A stretch of 63,777 nt of DNA, filler included, from Chrysochromulina tobinii (GCA_001275005.1; 10 parts of 10 records of this genome joined end to end with filler, not necessarily neighbours in it); one strand, 5' to 3'; positions 10,564 to 22,954 are shown, counted from the whole stretch's first letter. Translations and numbers: made by a program. The notes: a model not told the origin generated them from the letters alone.

Positions 10564-12069
10564 GCCCAGCGGTGCGGCCGGTACGGCGCGAGTCGAGGGG
10601 GGATCAGGTCCAGGGGGGGGTGAGGGGGAAGGTGGAAGAGCGTGGGCGGATTTGTGGCGCCTGCGATGGATTCGCAGGGAATCAGGCGCGTGGTTTCGTC
10701 ACGCTCGGAGCCCGCCGCGGCCCCACTTCGGTCTTCGGCGCGGCAATCGCTCGCGCTCGCGGGACAGAGCGTAGGACAGAGTGTAGGTGAGCGGGGGTCC
10801 GGCCGAGTAGTGGTGCCAGCGCTCGCCCGTCTTCAGGTGTGATCAAAATTTCTCGTACTGTACGTCGAAGCAGTGCTGTGTGTACGAGTTCTAATGTTGT
10901 AATGAGAACTCGCCTCACCGAAATAAAAATAAGCTCGTAAACCAAAACATTAGCATGCGCCAACGGAGGGGGTACATGTAATTGTCCCTTGCGGCGGCTC
11001 GGAGATCGGCATGCTGCCGTCCACTGTCGGTTCTCTGGAGACGCGTGGCGGTGAGCTGTTGTAGCGCTGGGACGCGCATGCGAAAAAGTCGAGCGCCTTC
11101 ATGCCGCCGTTCACTGTCGGCTCTCGAGAGACACGTGGCGGGTTGTTGAGCCCGCGAGCGGCCGCAGGCACCCCGCCATCACAAGCCTCGGCCTCCAAAA
11201 GCCAATGTCAAGTGACATCTCTCGCGCACATTCCTTCGGCACGAGCGCATCCAGCGTGAGGCGGTGAAGGCGGTAGCTGTCCTCTTAGCTGCTAACAGTG
11301 TGGTTTTCCGGACGAGATCGCCATATGGTGTAGTGGTCCGGATCGAGAGAGTGAATGAGCGACTCTGTCTGAGTGAGTGAGTGAGTGAGTGAGCCTCAGT
11401 ACATGTACGCATAATTCCTAGGAGTAGATATCAGTAGATAATCGCTTTGCCTATTGCCTTTGAGCCGTGCAGTTACGTCGCAGTCGAAAAAATATTACAT
11501 CGTCAAAGTCAATCCGGGACCTGTCCCCCCCGTGCTCGCCCCCCGTAGAGCCCGCAGCGCGCAGCCGCCCGGAGCCCGGCGGCCCAGCCCGTCGAGCGTC
11601 GCGCGACCTTTTTGTCCCGTTGAGCGTTTAACTGTCTACGGCGTGCGCGTGTGCGGTGGCGTTTGACTGTCTGTGCGCTCTCAATAACACCTCTCTCTGC
11701 GCCGAACTTAAGTCAAGTCAGACTGGACTTGACCGTACTCATGGCGATGGGGCTCTCTACCAGTATAGGGGGCCGGGGTGGTTCAGACCTTCACGCTTCA
11801 GTCTGTAGAGCAGTGAGGTGGAGGTGGATCTTGACATCTTGTACTCTTGCATCAAACAAAGCTACACAGTCGAGTCTCGAGACGAGAGTGCGAGAGTTTG
11901 CGTCTAAATAAGGGTTGGTCCTTTTCGCACCAAATAATTTGGGTATTTATTAATAGATCGAGGTTTCATTTCCTAAAACTTTATCTGAAACTGTGCGAAA
12001 CTCAGCGAGAGTCTCGAGACAGCTTCGTCGTCGTTGAGAGAGCACACTCTCGCAGGGGACTTCAGGGCG

Positions 12070-12924
12070 ATGGCCGAGTACGGGGATGTGCTGGACGGCT
12101 GCGTCTCTGACGAAGAGACGCGCTGGCCTCAGCCGCCCGTCTTCAAACTCAACTACATGTTCGCGGACTTCGCCGAAAAGGCCTCGGACTTCGCCAACAG
12201 CCGCACGCACAACCTGCCACCAGCGAAGTTCAAAACTTCGCTGGCCGTAATAGGCCTGCCTTTCGAGCGAGAGTCAGGTTCGAGCGACAGCAGTAGCTGG
12301 CTAGAGACGAAGAAGGTCATGGAGGCCTCGGACGAAGGCGATACAGCCTCCATGAGCGGCAGCAGCAGCAACGAAAGCCGCACGTGGACGCCTGCAGAAA
12401 ACGCATCTGGCGATCTTCCGGACGCGACGATCCGCCACCGTTCACAGCTCAACGGCTCTTCGAATCTGCGTCCTGGGAGTGCTCGCTTGACGGTTCGGAA
12501 ATCGCTCTTCGCGACGACGACGATCGAAGCGCCCGAGGACACGGTGTGCTCGGCGAACATCGAGAGCCACTTTGGAGGGCCTGAAGGTCCGGCGCACCTG
12601 TACAAGATCCTCACCGGCAGCCCTCAGGTCATCTGGTTCACCAGCAGCGGACGGTTGATCGTCGTCAGCTCTGCGGGCCGCCTCGAATGGGACGTGTCCG
12701 CCCTCACCATCTGCAGGAGGACCGATCGGTTCCGACATGGTTCGATGGACATGAGCGGCCTCGGGCCCCTCCTCGAGATCGAGGGGCGGTGCGTGCACTC
12801 GGAGACGCCGGTCTTCAAGACCTCGAGCGCGATCCATATTGGCGTGCGCGGTCTCGGCGCCGAGCTCGATGAGTGGGTATCGGTGCTCCAGTCGAGAGCC
12901 TCGTCAACGCTGGACTTGACTTGA
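12070..12924 (+). CDS. Hypothetical protein (about 284 aa)
   Basis: Long ATG ORF with plausible codon usage. No family recognised. Confidence 0.5.
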   Translation: MAEYGDVLDGCVSDEETRWPQPPVFKLNYMFADFAEKASDFANSRTHNLPPAKFKTSLAVIGLPFERESGSSDSSSWLETKKVMEASDEGDTASMSGSSSNESRTWTPAENASGDLPDATIRHRSQLNGSSNLRPGSARLTVRKSLFATTTIEAPEDTVCSANIESHFGGPEGPAHLYKILTGSPQVIWFTSSGRLIVVSSAGRLEWDVSALTICRRTDRFRHGSMDMSGLGPLLEIEGRCVHSETPVFKTSSAIHIGVRGLGAELDEWVSVLQSRASSTLDLT

Positions 12925-13799
12925 CTTGACTGGAGCACCGAGACCCGTCTCTCGTCCACGTCCACGCTGTCGCCACGTGGGCGCACATTGGCAACGATGA
13001 GCTGAATCTTGACACGCGCAGTGTGCACCAACACTGCCAGTCTCTGGTATTTAATCCAGAAGAAGGCGCAGCTCGCCTATTGCGAGAGCGACTTCATATG
13101 CAGGAAACTATGAGAAGTCAGAAGGAGCAAGGAGGCGCAGCTCGCCTATTGCGAGAGTCATTGCGAGAGCGACTCGTCCAACATACTGAGTACAGTAGTC
13201 GCTAGCGCTACTCAGCCTCAGGACGTGTATGGCGGGGGCATGCTGCATGTACTGTACGAAATGGCCTTTGGGGGCCCTCTGCCTCTCGGGGTTTGTAGGG
13301 GTTTGTGTGTCGACGCGGCCCACGCGGACCCGCCGCGCCCGGTGCAGGAGCTGCAGCTGCAGGGCGGCGCGAGGCGGCCACGATCGTGAAGTAAGATTTA
13401 TAGGGTTATTATTATACTTAAGCCGTTAAGGGTTTTAGCTACATGTAACCCACTAAGAAGAATTCCTGATAATTTTTCATCCATGACACCGCGACCAGCT
13501 GACAAGCCAATACTGCGCGCGTCTCTCCCGACCAATTGCTCCCGACGAGGACCTACGAGGACCGGCCGCGAGCGCTCACGACCCAGTAAATACGCGCGAA
13601 CGGTGCTTGTGTTGACCGAGGGGAGCGGAGCCGTCCTGTGAGACGGTGGTGTGGTGAGCGCGGGGGGACCGCAAAGAAACTGACAGACGGCTGGACGCGC
13701 ATACGGTGTTAGAACGGTGTGAAATCAACGAAGCTCCAGTTCGGGCTTCGCCGCTGCGCGCGAACAGCTCCCAGCCGAGCCCGTAGCGAAGGATTTGTC

Positions 13800-14726
13800 A
13801 TGATTTCGAAGATTGACGCGGCCCACGGTCACGTCGACGCCAAATCACCTACCGCGCTCAAAGATGCCGGCAGTGCCGCGCTCGCCGCTGGCGACATGGT
13901 ACGAGCCACGCACATGTACACGCTCGGTATCGATCTCGCCCTTCGCGGCGCAGCCAAGCCTCCAGAAACAGCTGCGGAGTGGTTCTGCATCGACGCGTCG
14001 TCGGGCGGCGTGCTCCATGCGCTGCTTTCGAATCGGTCTCTCACTTTGCTGAAGCAGGGCGATGCAGCCGCAGCGGTCGCGGATGCCGAGCATTGCACGT
14101 ACGCGAGGCCGGACTGGGCGAAGGGCTGGGTGAGACTTCTGCAGGCACTCGAAGCCTGCGGGGTTTCGCTTGAGGAGCGGACCAGCGCGTGCGCCCGCGC
14201 GTTGCGCGCGTGCCCAGGGAGCTCGCAGCTACGCCAAATCAAGGAGACCCTCGACGCACAGCAACCCGCCGTACAGGACGAGGCTGCAGACGTCACCGCG
14301 CAGCTCGCTGCCACTCTGCGAATCGCAGACGACCCCTCTGATGAGCGGCGTGCGATGGCGGCGGGCGACGTCGGTTCGATTCTAGCAGTTGGCGCGTATG
14401 GGCTCACGAAGGACGTCGCCCGCGCCGAGGAGTACCTCCTCATCGGTGCCAAGGGGAAAGACGCAGCCTCACAGCGCAACCTCGGGCTGCTGTACCTCGA
14501 GCTTGATAGAGTGCCGGAGGCAGCGGAGTGGCTGCGGGCGGCCGCCGACCAGGGCGACGAGCAAGCGCTCCTGACGCTGGACGAGCTCGGCGCCGAGGCC
14601 AAAGCCAAAGAGAAGGCGGCCCTCTTCAAGCTGCGGGCGCTTGCCTCGAACGACGACGCCCGTGCGCGCACGTTGCTCGAGCAGTTAGAGGCTGAACGCC
14701 ATGCGGGCAGCGGGATTGTCGTGTGA
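13800..14726 (+). CDS. TPR plus Sel1-like repeat protein
   Basis: LKDAGSAAL..LLSNRSLTLLKQG..AVADAE..PDWAKGW (TPR). SQRNLGLLY..AAEWLRAAADQGD (Sel1). Confidence 0.8.
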   Translation: MISKIDAAHGHVDAKSPTALKDAGSAALAAGDMVRATHMYTLGIDLALRGAAKPPETAAEWFCIDASSGGVLHALLSNRSLTLLKQGDAAAAVADAEHCTYARPDWAKGWVRLLQALEACGVSLEERTSACARALRACPGSSQLRQIKETLDAQQPAVQDEAADVTAQLAATLRIADDPSDERRAMAAGDVGSILAVGAYGLTKDVARAEEYLLIGAKGKDAASQRNLGLLYLELDRVPEAAEWLRAAADQGDEQALLTLDELGAEAKAKEKAALFKLRALASNDDARARTLLEQLEAERHAGSGIVV

Positions 14727-14920
14727 GGCTCGTCGTCGAGCGAAATGGTAATGAGCGTGGCAGAGAGTAATGTGAATAGAGGTGCGTGTCGTGTGCGAAA
14801 CAGATGACCCGCGGCGTACGGCCCCCGCTAACCGTCCAAGCGCCCGCCGGCGCCGCGCCGGCGCGGCGGCTTAAAACGGGGTACGACCTACGGAGGGTAC
14901 GTGCGCTCTACGAGACGAGC

Positions 14921-15904
14921 CTAAACCATAGCCGCTCCTTCAGCCCCTCCACGCCCACCCACAGGATTTTCTTTCGGACCTGGCTCTCCTGCGGATACGC
15001 ATGGCTGCCCGCCTACGTCCCACGGGCTCCACGCTTGCGCCCACACTTGCCAATCCTGTGGCTCGTCGTCGCCGGCTGCGTGCATGTGCCGGTAGAAGAA
15101 GTACACTGTGCGCGTCCTCGCGCACGACACGAGCACGGTCTGGCACAGCGTACCGTAGGCTTCCGTGCCTGGCTCCCCGTGCGCCTGTGCAAGGGCGGCG
15201 TGACGAATCTTTGAGACCAGCGGCCCTTCCTGCAGGGCATGCTCCCTCCAGCGCGGCAGCGGCGAGGAGCTCAACTGATTGCTCAGCTCGGACTCACTCA
15301 GCTCGAGCTGCGTGCTCAGCAACGCTCCCAGCGCGTCGCGAACCGTTTCAGCAGAGGCGCCGTCGGGCAGCGACTGCAGCAGCTCGGCCACACGCATCCT
15401 CATAAATCGCGTCTTCGGCCATTCCCAATCGCCCGGGTGCAAGTCGATGACAGGCTCATTGGAGAGTGCAACCACCTCGCCCTCCGGCAGGCGGCTCTGT
15501 GCATAGCGCCAACCGGACGGCTCGGCCTCGTCTGGCCAGCTGCGCGAGAGCACTGCCATGGGTGGCTGCACGGTTCCGTGCCAAAGATTGAACGCGGTGT
15601 AATCCGTGCCCGACAGCTCCGCAATCGTGCGACCCGAGAGCACAGCAGGAATCAAGTCACCGCGAGAGCGAGAGCCTGCTGGACGTGCAGCAGCACTACG
15701 CACGTTGGTGATCGCACCAAATGCTAAGGAGCGCAGCTCCAAGCCAAGAAATGTGCCGCCCGCCACGAGGTCGCGAGAGAAGAGCTGCATGCCTGGGTGA
15801 ACTCGCGGAGGCTCTGTTGGTCTGTCGCACGCCTCGTCGCGGTTGTGTGCGAGTATGAAAGGGAATTCCTCGTGAGCCTTGAGTGCGAGCGCGATGATGC
15901 ACAT
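14921..15904 (-). CDS. TANGO2: TANGO2/NRDE family protein
   Basis: N-terminal MCII..HNRDE, RDLVAGGTFLG, SRGDL, LSNE, YGT. Confidence 0.9.
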   Translation of the reverse strand: MCIIALALKAHEEFPFILAHNRDEACDRPTEPPRVHPGMQLFSRDLVAGGTFLGLELRSLAFGAITNVRSAAARPAGSRSRGDLIPAVLSGRTIAELSGTDYTAFNLWHGTVQPPMAVLSRSWPDEAEPSGWRYAQSRLPEGEVVALSNEPVIDLHPGDWEWPKTRFMRMRVAELLQSLPDGASAETVRDALGALLSTQLELSESELSNQLSSSPLPRWREHALQEGPLVSKIRHAALAQAHGEPGTEAYGTLCQTVLVSCARTRTVYFFYRHMHAAGDDEPQDWQVWAQAWSPWDVGGQPCVSAGEPGPKENPVGGRGGAEGAAMV

Positions 15905-16752
15905 CTGCCGAATAATTCTGTTGTGCCGATGCCGATCGGTGGCAACCTCGTGCTGTTTTGCCGCTCGGACGTACCTGGTCGGTGTGCAGTCCTCTGTGGA
16001 TGGACGCGGGTGACAAGTAGACGGTTATGTTACCGGTAAAAAGACACCGGTGCAGCCGGGACACTCTAGGTACATGTGGGATTTCAGGCACAATGGAGCC
16101 GCGTGGCATCTTCATCAGCATGACTGTTCCGGCCGAGGTTTTGGCCGCTGCACTGGCCGAGGATGCTGGCAGCCGTCGCTCGCGGCCCCCCTGGCGCTGT
16201 CCCAGACTATTTCTTGATCACGGTCGACGGTCGTCGCATGCTGAAGGACGTAAAACGGATCTCCTTCTGTTCGAGTCACTACTGGCCTACGGTTGCGGTG
16301 GCCTCTAGCCGTGGGGGGGCGCTTGAGCACAGGGCATCTCTCTCGTTCTTTTTGGTTCTTACGGAGTTCTATGCAGCAGCAACGCGCGGACCCTCTACGC
16401 TAACGCACTTCGGGCTCGCGAGTCCTCGCTCTTTTATCGCAGAGAAGTCCCAGGTATTATTTATTTAGTTTATTGCATTTACCTGGAAGCAGGGATCGAT
16501 TTCACTTCGACGATCGCTTAGAAAAAGATCATTTTTATACGTGCACGGCTCCGGAGCACGCACGAGCCACGAGGGCGCCGTCCCACCCAAACTGTAGGGT
16601 CCCCCGTTCGGTCGGGTTCAGACCGCAAACCCCATTCCAAAGCACACAGACCCAGCCCGCGTGCCGCCGCGCCCGATTTCCGAACAGCGCGCGCCGGCGC
16701 GCATACGGCGCGCAGTCGGCTCCATCCAGCCGCACCTTGGTCTGTGCCTGCG

Positions 16753-18669
16753 TCAGAGCAGCCCGATATGGTAGGACCGGCCGTTGGGGTTGTGGATGGG
16801 GCTCATCTCCGGATGCAGCAGCGCCCATTCGTACCAGACCTTTTGGGGAGACACGTGGCGCCAGAACTGCACTGTGACGGTGCCGCCGTCGGGCACGTGC
16901 ACGGGCTGGCGCAGCGGCAGGTAGAGTGGGAACCACGAGAACATGCCGATGGACTCGGTCGCGGGATCAGTCGAGATAGCTACGTCCTTGTAGAGTGTGC
17001 AATGGAAGTAACCGACGAAACCATGCAACCGGCCGCCCACGCTCACGTCGAATGTGAGAGCGCGCGCGCGTGTGTTGTCGGGCTCGGCCGGCGGCGTCAA
17101 GCGCTGCTCGGGCGCGGGGTGCTCGAAAGTGAAGCAACGCTGTGCGGGCGCCATCTGGAACGCATTGTGCACCTTGACCACGTACGGCGTCTCAAAGTGC
17201 TTCACCTCGCGAAGCCGACCCACTTCGTTCCATAACTTACTCGACGAGAGAGGTGCGACGGTGGACACGTAGCCTGAAGGAATCGAGATGCCCGACGGCT
17301 TGAGGTATCGCATCGCGCCATCGAGGCACTCGGGCGACAACTCGTTGTCGCCCCATGAGCCCAGCAGTTCGGAAACGATCATGTCGGCAAGCTCCGGAGG
17401 GGCCCATGAACGCATATCTGCGGTGACCACGGTCACGTGCGCGGCCCACGTGGGCTCGTTGAGCCGTCGGTTCTGCAGCGTCACCACCGCATTGGCATTC
17501 TTATCGAGCGCGAAGACACGGATCGTTCGCCCCGCCTCGACGGCCGCATACAGTGCTGCGTCCACAAGTGGCCCACGCCCCGCCCCGAGCACCATGACGA
17601 CCGGCACGGGCCCATTGGCCGGATGGCGCTCGATCAGCGCCTGCCTGACGGCGGCCTGGTACTGCTTGTACTTGACCGGGTCCTGCTCGAAGGTCTCGTA
17701 CGTGCTCGACTCGAGGTTGTCTGCGAGCGGCTGCAGCGGCGCCTGGAGGTAGTCATAGTACGGCGCTTCCAAGCGAGCGAGCTCGGTCGGTGGCGGCATG
17801 CGCGAGATCAGGAATCCCAGGTACTGAAGGTAGGCGCCGAGGCCCTCGCGTGCCGCCTCGGCCGAGAAGCCCTCGCTCATGCGCTCATCCGCGCGCTCGG
17901 AGCGCCGACCGTCCTCGCGCCCCGACACCACTACCTTCGGCTTCATGCCGAGCAGCTGTGCAAACGCGGCCTGGTGGCGGCGCGGCAGCGTCGGGTAGCC
18001 CTTCTTATTGGCGACGAAGCTCGAGGTTGGGAGCAGCAGCAGCCCAAGCGGTTCGCCGCACCAGCGATCGAGCTCCGCCTGCGTATCGGGCAGCTCAATG
18101 CCGAGCTCGAGCGCCACCGCGAGGCTTGAGTGCTGCTCACACAACGTGCGCAGCTCATCCCAGCACCGCCATGGGTCGGCGGCCGAGCTGCCGCCGCCGC
18201 CGCCGCCCTCGCCCTCGCGCGGCGATGCGATTGATACGCGCACGAAGAAGCGCATGTGCTGCGTCGACAGGCAAGCCCATTGCAGCAGCCGCGCGTAGTT
18301 GGCGCTCCCTGGCGGCGGGGGCGGCAGCAGCACTGCCTGCAGGCCGAGGTGCGCCGCCCACGCGATCTCGGACTTGAAGGCCTCCTCGCTGCGGCGTCGA
18401 ATGGCCTCATGCGGCGAGTCGAGCTGCAGCCACGGCGACACCTTGCCCACGACGTGGCGCCCCCACTGCGATGAACTGAGCACACGGTCCGAGCGCGTCA
18501 TCGGCTCCGTGCGCACCCGCTTGTAATCACGGCGGTACCGTGGGTGAGCGAGCGGCGCCAGGAGCAACGAGGGGCTCAGCGCCGTGCCATGCGTCAGCAG
18601 GGATTGTACTGCGGCTGCCAAGTCGCGCGGCGGCGCGGCAAGGTCGACGCCGAACTCGGGCGCTTGCAT
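16753..18669 (-). CDS. PRMT5: Protein arginine N-methyltransferase 5 (intronless)
   Basis: YLQAPLQPLADNLESSTYETFEQDPVKY, VLGAGRGPLV, SELLGSWGDNELSPECL, GMFSWFP, HNPNGRSY. Confidence 0.96.
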   Translation of the reverse strand: MQAPEFGVDLAAPPRDLAAAVQSLLTHGTALSPSLLLAPLAHPRYRRDYKRVRTEPMTRSDRVLSSSQWGRHVVGKVSPWLQLDSPHEAIRRRSEEAFKSEIAWAAHLGLQAVLLPPPPPGSANYARLLQWACLSTQHMRFFVRVSIASPREGEGGGGGGSSAADPWRCWDELRTLCEQHSSLAVALELGIELPDTQAELDRWCGEPLGLLLLPTSSFVANKKGYPTLPRRHQAAFAQLLGMKPKVVVSGREDGRRSERADERMSEGFSAEAAREGLGAYLQYLGFLISRMPPPTELARLEAPYYDYLQAPLQPLADNLESSTYETFEQDPVKYKQYQAAVRQALIERHPANGPVPVVMVLGAGRGPLVDAALYAAVEAGRTIRVFALDKNANAVVTLQNRRLNEPTWAAHVTVVTADMRSWAPPELADMIVSELLGSWGDNELSPECLDGAMRYLKPSGISIPSGYVSTVAPLSSSKLWNEVGRLREVKHFETPYVVKVHNAFQMAPAQRCFTFEHPAPEQRLTPPAEPDNTRARALTFDVSVGGRLHGFVGYFHCTLYKDVAISTDPATESIGMFSWFPLYLPLRQPVHVPDGGTVTVQFWRHVSPQKVWYEWALLHPEMSPIHNPNGRSYHIGLL

Positions 18670-19734
18670 CGACGTGGTTGTTTGTGTGTCACGTGGATGT
18701 TTCGATGATTTTTTTCGACCTTTGCGAGACTCTTGCGTCATCTCCTGACACAACCTTTAACACTACGGCACGTCGCGCACGGCCACCACCTCCTTCTTCA
18801 CGCACCACCTGCGCCTCATCTCGCTCGCCGCCGTGATCGGCGCGGCGCTCCCCGTCGCCATCTGGGCGAAATCCAGGAAATCTCACCTCCTTACCATGGT
18901 AGCGGCGCCCCGCTTGAACCCGCTTGTGCTGGCCTGTTGCCAGTACCGAAAGCCAGAGGGGGCCCAGGCTCCACCGGCTCCACCGCGCGCCTCACCCGAT
19001 GTTCGCCCAGTGAACATCGGTAATGTGGATCGTCGTGCNNNNNNNNNNNNNNNNNNNNNNNNNNNNNNNNNNNNNNNNNNNNTTAATTAATTAANNNNNN
19101 NNNNNNNNNNNNNNNNNNNNNNNNNNNNNNNNNNNNNNAGCCGCTGGGGCGCCTCCCGCGGCTGTGCTCGCGCCGCCGCCGCCGCAGCATCACCTGGCGC
19201 TTGCCGGACGGACTGAGGGTCCGGTTTAGCGTGAGGAGCGAGCTGAGCTTCGTAGTCTGGGCGTACCCGGTCCAGCTCGCTGCCCAGCTGCCCACTGAGC
19301 CCCTGCACCCCGACTACCTGAGCCCAGCGGCGCTCGTGGCTCGCAGCCGCATCCTCACGTCCGCCGCCGTGGTGGGCGATGCCCTGCAGGGGACGTGGAG
19401 CGGCCGGCCGTTTGAGGCCGTGCAGCTCGACGCGAGGACCACCGCCCTCTGGCCGGCCAAGCTGCGTGCGAAGCCGCGGCCCGACTTTGTTCCCCTGCCC
19501 GCCGGCACGCCGCGCGAGCTGCAGCTCGTCGACCGCCTGCCAGCCCGCGTGCAGCTGCGGCGCTCGCCTGCCAAAGCGGTGGTGGCGGCCGGGACGAGGG
19601 CAGTGCGGCAGCAGCGGTCATTTCGGCCGCCCTAGCCTCGAACACTAATGGAGCGAAGACGCCTGCGAGCACAAGACAAAGAGTACAGAGTGAGAGGCTG
19701 AGAAAAGGGGGGCTGTAAGCGATTCGGAGTCAAA

Positions 19735-20337
19735 GTGCGCGACAGTGATCGTCAGAGTTTCATCAGAATCATGAATCAATTAAAATCTCTTAAAGAGCAA
19801 CAGCGACTACTCCGCCATCCTGTCTACGAACTTGTTGCCAATGTACCAGCGCAGGAGGCCCTCGGGGCCCTGGAGCAGGGAGGGCCATCATCGCCGTGCT
19901 CGCGCAACAGAGGGCGACAGACACGAGAGGCACCCACCACCAGAGACGACGCGCCGCGCGCCAAACGGCGCGCAGCCCCAGCCACAGGCGAAGTAGCGGC
20001 AGGGGCGGCCGAACCAGAGGCGGCAGCGCGAGTGTTCGACTTGGGCGACCACAACATCGTCGCGCAAGGGGGCGACGAGAGTTGGGGAGTCATCGGGCAG
20101 ACGATACGCCTGCACAACTCCTTCTGGGGCTGGGACGACGGCGCCTACTCCGAGTGCCGCGTCATTGCATACGCTGGTGCCTACACGTTCGCGGCGGGCG
20201 CGCACTCCAGGCATACATACGTCATCGAGTGCGAGGGACACTACTACCCCGCCACGCACGGCACCATTGCTGACGCTCTGACGGACGCGACCGTCAAACG
20301 ACGCGTCCGCAAGGCGGGACCGCCACGACTGCTCTGA
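19735..20337 (+). CDS. Hypothetical ORF, possibly transposon-derived
   Basis: 200-codon ORF with a globular-looking C-terminal half. Start uncertain. Confidence 0.3.
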   Translation: MRDSDRQSFIRIMNQLKSLKEQQRLLRHPVYELVANVPAQEALGALEQGGPSSPCSRNRGRQTREAPTTRDDAPRAKRRAAPATGEVAAGAAEPEAAARVFDLGDHNIVAQGGDESWGVIGQTIRLHNSFWGWDDGAYSECRVIAYAGAYTFAAGAHSRHTYVIECEGHYYPATHGTIADALTDATVKRRVRKAGPPRLL

Positions 20338-21314
20338 CGACTATAACGCGAACGGCGCGCATGCGCGCCTGCTTACACTTCTCGCTGCCGGACAGCGAGA
20401 AGAGTACCTCGTCGGTGATCGACGGGGAGGTCTGTGCCGTTGGAAAAGGTTTTGCATCAGCATACGCAGAGAACGCCGGGCTTTCATCCGCAGTTGTTGG
20501 TAGCGGGCGAGCATTCTGCTGATGTTGAAGAAGTCACATCCATATCAAGGAAGCCAGCGGAGCGATGGCCGTGGGCACAGCGCGTTTTGCCCACGCACCC
20601 GCGTCGGTGATGCCCACCTAGATACTGACCACTGTCTCGCTGCCGAGCAGGACTTCCAGTCGGGTCTTGCGGATCGCTGTAAGACGACACGCCGGTCTCC
20701 CGACGGTTTACTTTTGATCGGGAACGTTTTCAACAAGATGGACAACGTTGGCGATGGGCTTGGCGTCAAGAAAATCTACGCGCTGACTCGCACCTGCCGT
20801 CGTCAGCCCCATCGCGCGAACGCAGCGGCATCCACCGGGGTTACGACGCCCATGGGCAGCCTTGCGCGCAGCTTTTTGCGAAACTGGCCGTTTACGGTAA
20901 CTCGACGAAACTTCGTCCGCAACAACTGCTCTACGAATATTCTACATGTAGCACTGCTACGTCAAGTCGACACGCCGGCGTCTAGGTGGCTCCACGCGGG
21001 TCAAACTCCTGCCGAGGCGACCACATGCACAGCTCCCGCCGGATGGGTCGACACATCTTTGATGACGGGCATGAGACCTACATGGATGCGCCCCGGCAGC
21101 ACGGATGGGACTATAGGTCCTGCCCGGGGTCGCATGCGGTGGGGCCCCGCCACGCGTCTCGTCAACGGCTGACGAAACCGAGGTTTCGTCAACCGGGCCA
21201 GACGGGGCGCGCGGCCGGGCAGGTTACGCCACGCGCCTAACGGCAACGGCTAACCGCCCTCGCCACCAGGAGGTGTTTCATGCTAAACAAGATAAACGAA
21301 CAACAACTCTGACA

Positions 21315-21470
21315 TCATAACAGACACACGATGCGCTGCACGAAGACGATCACGGGCTCGAGTCGGATGCCTTCACCCGCGTTCTCACCTGCGAGTGCGC
21401 AAGCGAGCAAGATGAGACATTGCTTGACCAGCCACGTCTTCCCGGTGCCCGGTCCGGCGCGGCAGAGCAC
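21315..21470 (-). pseudogene. P-loop NTPase fragment
   Basis: VLCRAGPGTGKTWLVKQ Walker A followed by PVIVFVQR. No complete gene. Confidence 0.5.
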
Positions 21471-21729
21471 AGGCGGAGGCGATGTGAGAGCCGTCTGGCC
21501 GGCATGGCGAAGGCCCGAGGAAGTTGGCCACGAGCTGGGGCACATCGTGCACGCTCATGTACTCGGACGTGTTGCGCCCGTCCAAGATGCTGGCCGCGGT
21601 CATGTTGAGCATCGCGGCCTCGTACATGTCCATCGTGGGGCAGCATCTTGCTTTCGAGGTGGTTCACAATCCTGAGCACGAGGTCCACGCGCGACTCGCC
21701 GCCGCCGCCGCCCGAGTCCTTGGGCAAGA

Positions 21730-22954
21730 TGTCCAGATCGTCTCGAGCACATTGGACGTTAGCTGCGTGCAGTAGACGAGGTCCGCGTTCGTGTGCAGGT
21801 CGATGATCTCGGGGTTCTCAACGAGAGGTAGCCCGTAGATGTACTGGCGGTACACCTCGATGTCCTGGCCGCTGGGCAACTTGATGATCAAAGCCGTTCT
21901 CCATGACGCGCGACGCCAGCCACGCCTGGCCGTAGGTGTTGAACAGGTGCTGGTTGAAGCCGTCATCGGCGAACAGTACGTAAAGTCATGACGTACCTCG
22001 TCGAAGCCGTCGGTGATCTTGCCGCCGTACTGTTCAGCGCAACCCATGTAGTTGACCGTCGACCAGTCGACGGGGCGTTTCTTAGAGTCTACAACGGTGA
22101 TGTGGTTCTGGATGAACTGGATGGACGCCGAGAGGTCGGCCTGCGAGAACTCGTACGGGATGTTGAAGCCGAGCGCGCCGAACTTGCGCCGCTCCTGGAC
22201 GACAGTGTGCATGAAGGAGAGCGCGAAGAGCATCGTGCGCCAGGTGGCGTTCGAGGTGCCCGAGATCGCGTCCAAGTTGTCCTGGGTGAGCCACGCGTAT
22301 GTGCCGTTGAGGACGGCGCGGATGCCCGCGAATGCCTCGTTGGTCACCTTGATCGACATGTGCAGCAGGCCGATCGGGAAAGGGGTTCGAAAAGTCAAAA
22401 AGCCCGAGGAACTGTTGGAGCGACAACTGGTACAAGATGTTGATGGCCGCCATGTCGACGATCAAGAAGTAGAGCAGCGCGCCGCGAGTGACCACCGGCC
22501 GGTACTCGGCAAACGTGATGCGCTCTCCGGCCGTGGACGCGTTCGAAGGCTTCTCCTTCAACTCCCCGGTGGTCTTCTTCATCGTGCCGAGCACCTCGAT
22601 GAGCGACGCGTCGTCGAGCAGATTAGAGCGAGTAGAGGAAGGAGCGCTCGACCTGCGCCAGGTCGAGCTGCGCGTTCTCCTTGCCCGCATCGAGGAGGAG
22701 CTGGTACAGGGTGGTGCACATCGAGGTGAGCAGCACGATGGGCGTATTGTACATGCACGGGGAGCACTCGAACAAGAGCAGCTCGAAGATGGCCGTCACG
22801 ACCTTGTCGAAGAGCTTCGAGAGCAGGTCGTCCTCCGCCTTCGGGCGCTTGATCTCCTTCAGCCAAGACACATAGTACGGCTGCCAGCCGAGGTCCGCGA
22901 GCGACACGTAGATGATGCCCGCGCGGCTCACGGTCGCGGGCGACGCGTTGCGCA
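21730..22954 (-). pseudogene. Degenerate, internally deleted dynein heavy chain fragments
   Basis: NASPATVSRAGIIYVS (AAA2 end), NLLDDASLIEVL..YRPVVTRGALLYF (post-AAA5), VQERRKFGALGFNIPYEF..YGGKITD..LPLVENPEI (AAA6/lid). The pieces lie in different frames. Confidence 0.85.

Noticed and set aside
11708..12931. AAGTCAAGTC / GACTTGACTT motifs flanking the 12070-12924 ORF as possible terminal inverted repeats
   Set aside because: Short simple pentamer repeats that also occur at about 47100-47180. No target duplication or transposase.
13800..18669. TPR/Sel1, TANGO2 and PRMT5 as a functional cluster
   Set aside because: Ordinary unrelated housekeeping neighbours. Eukaryotic adjacency alone is not evidence.
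21170..21191. Perfect hairpin TGACGAAACC-GA-GGTTTCGTCA
   Set aside because: Isolated, with no Helitron CTRR end or ribozyme core recognised, so no function can be assigned.
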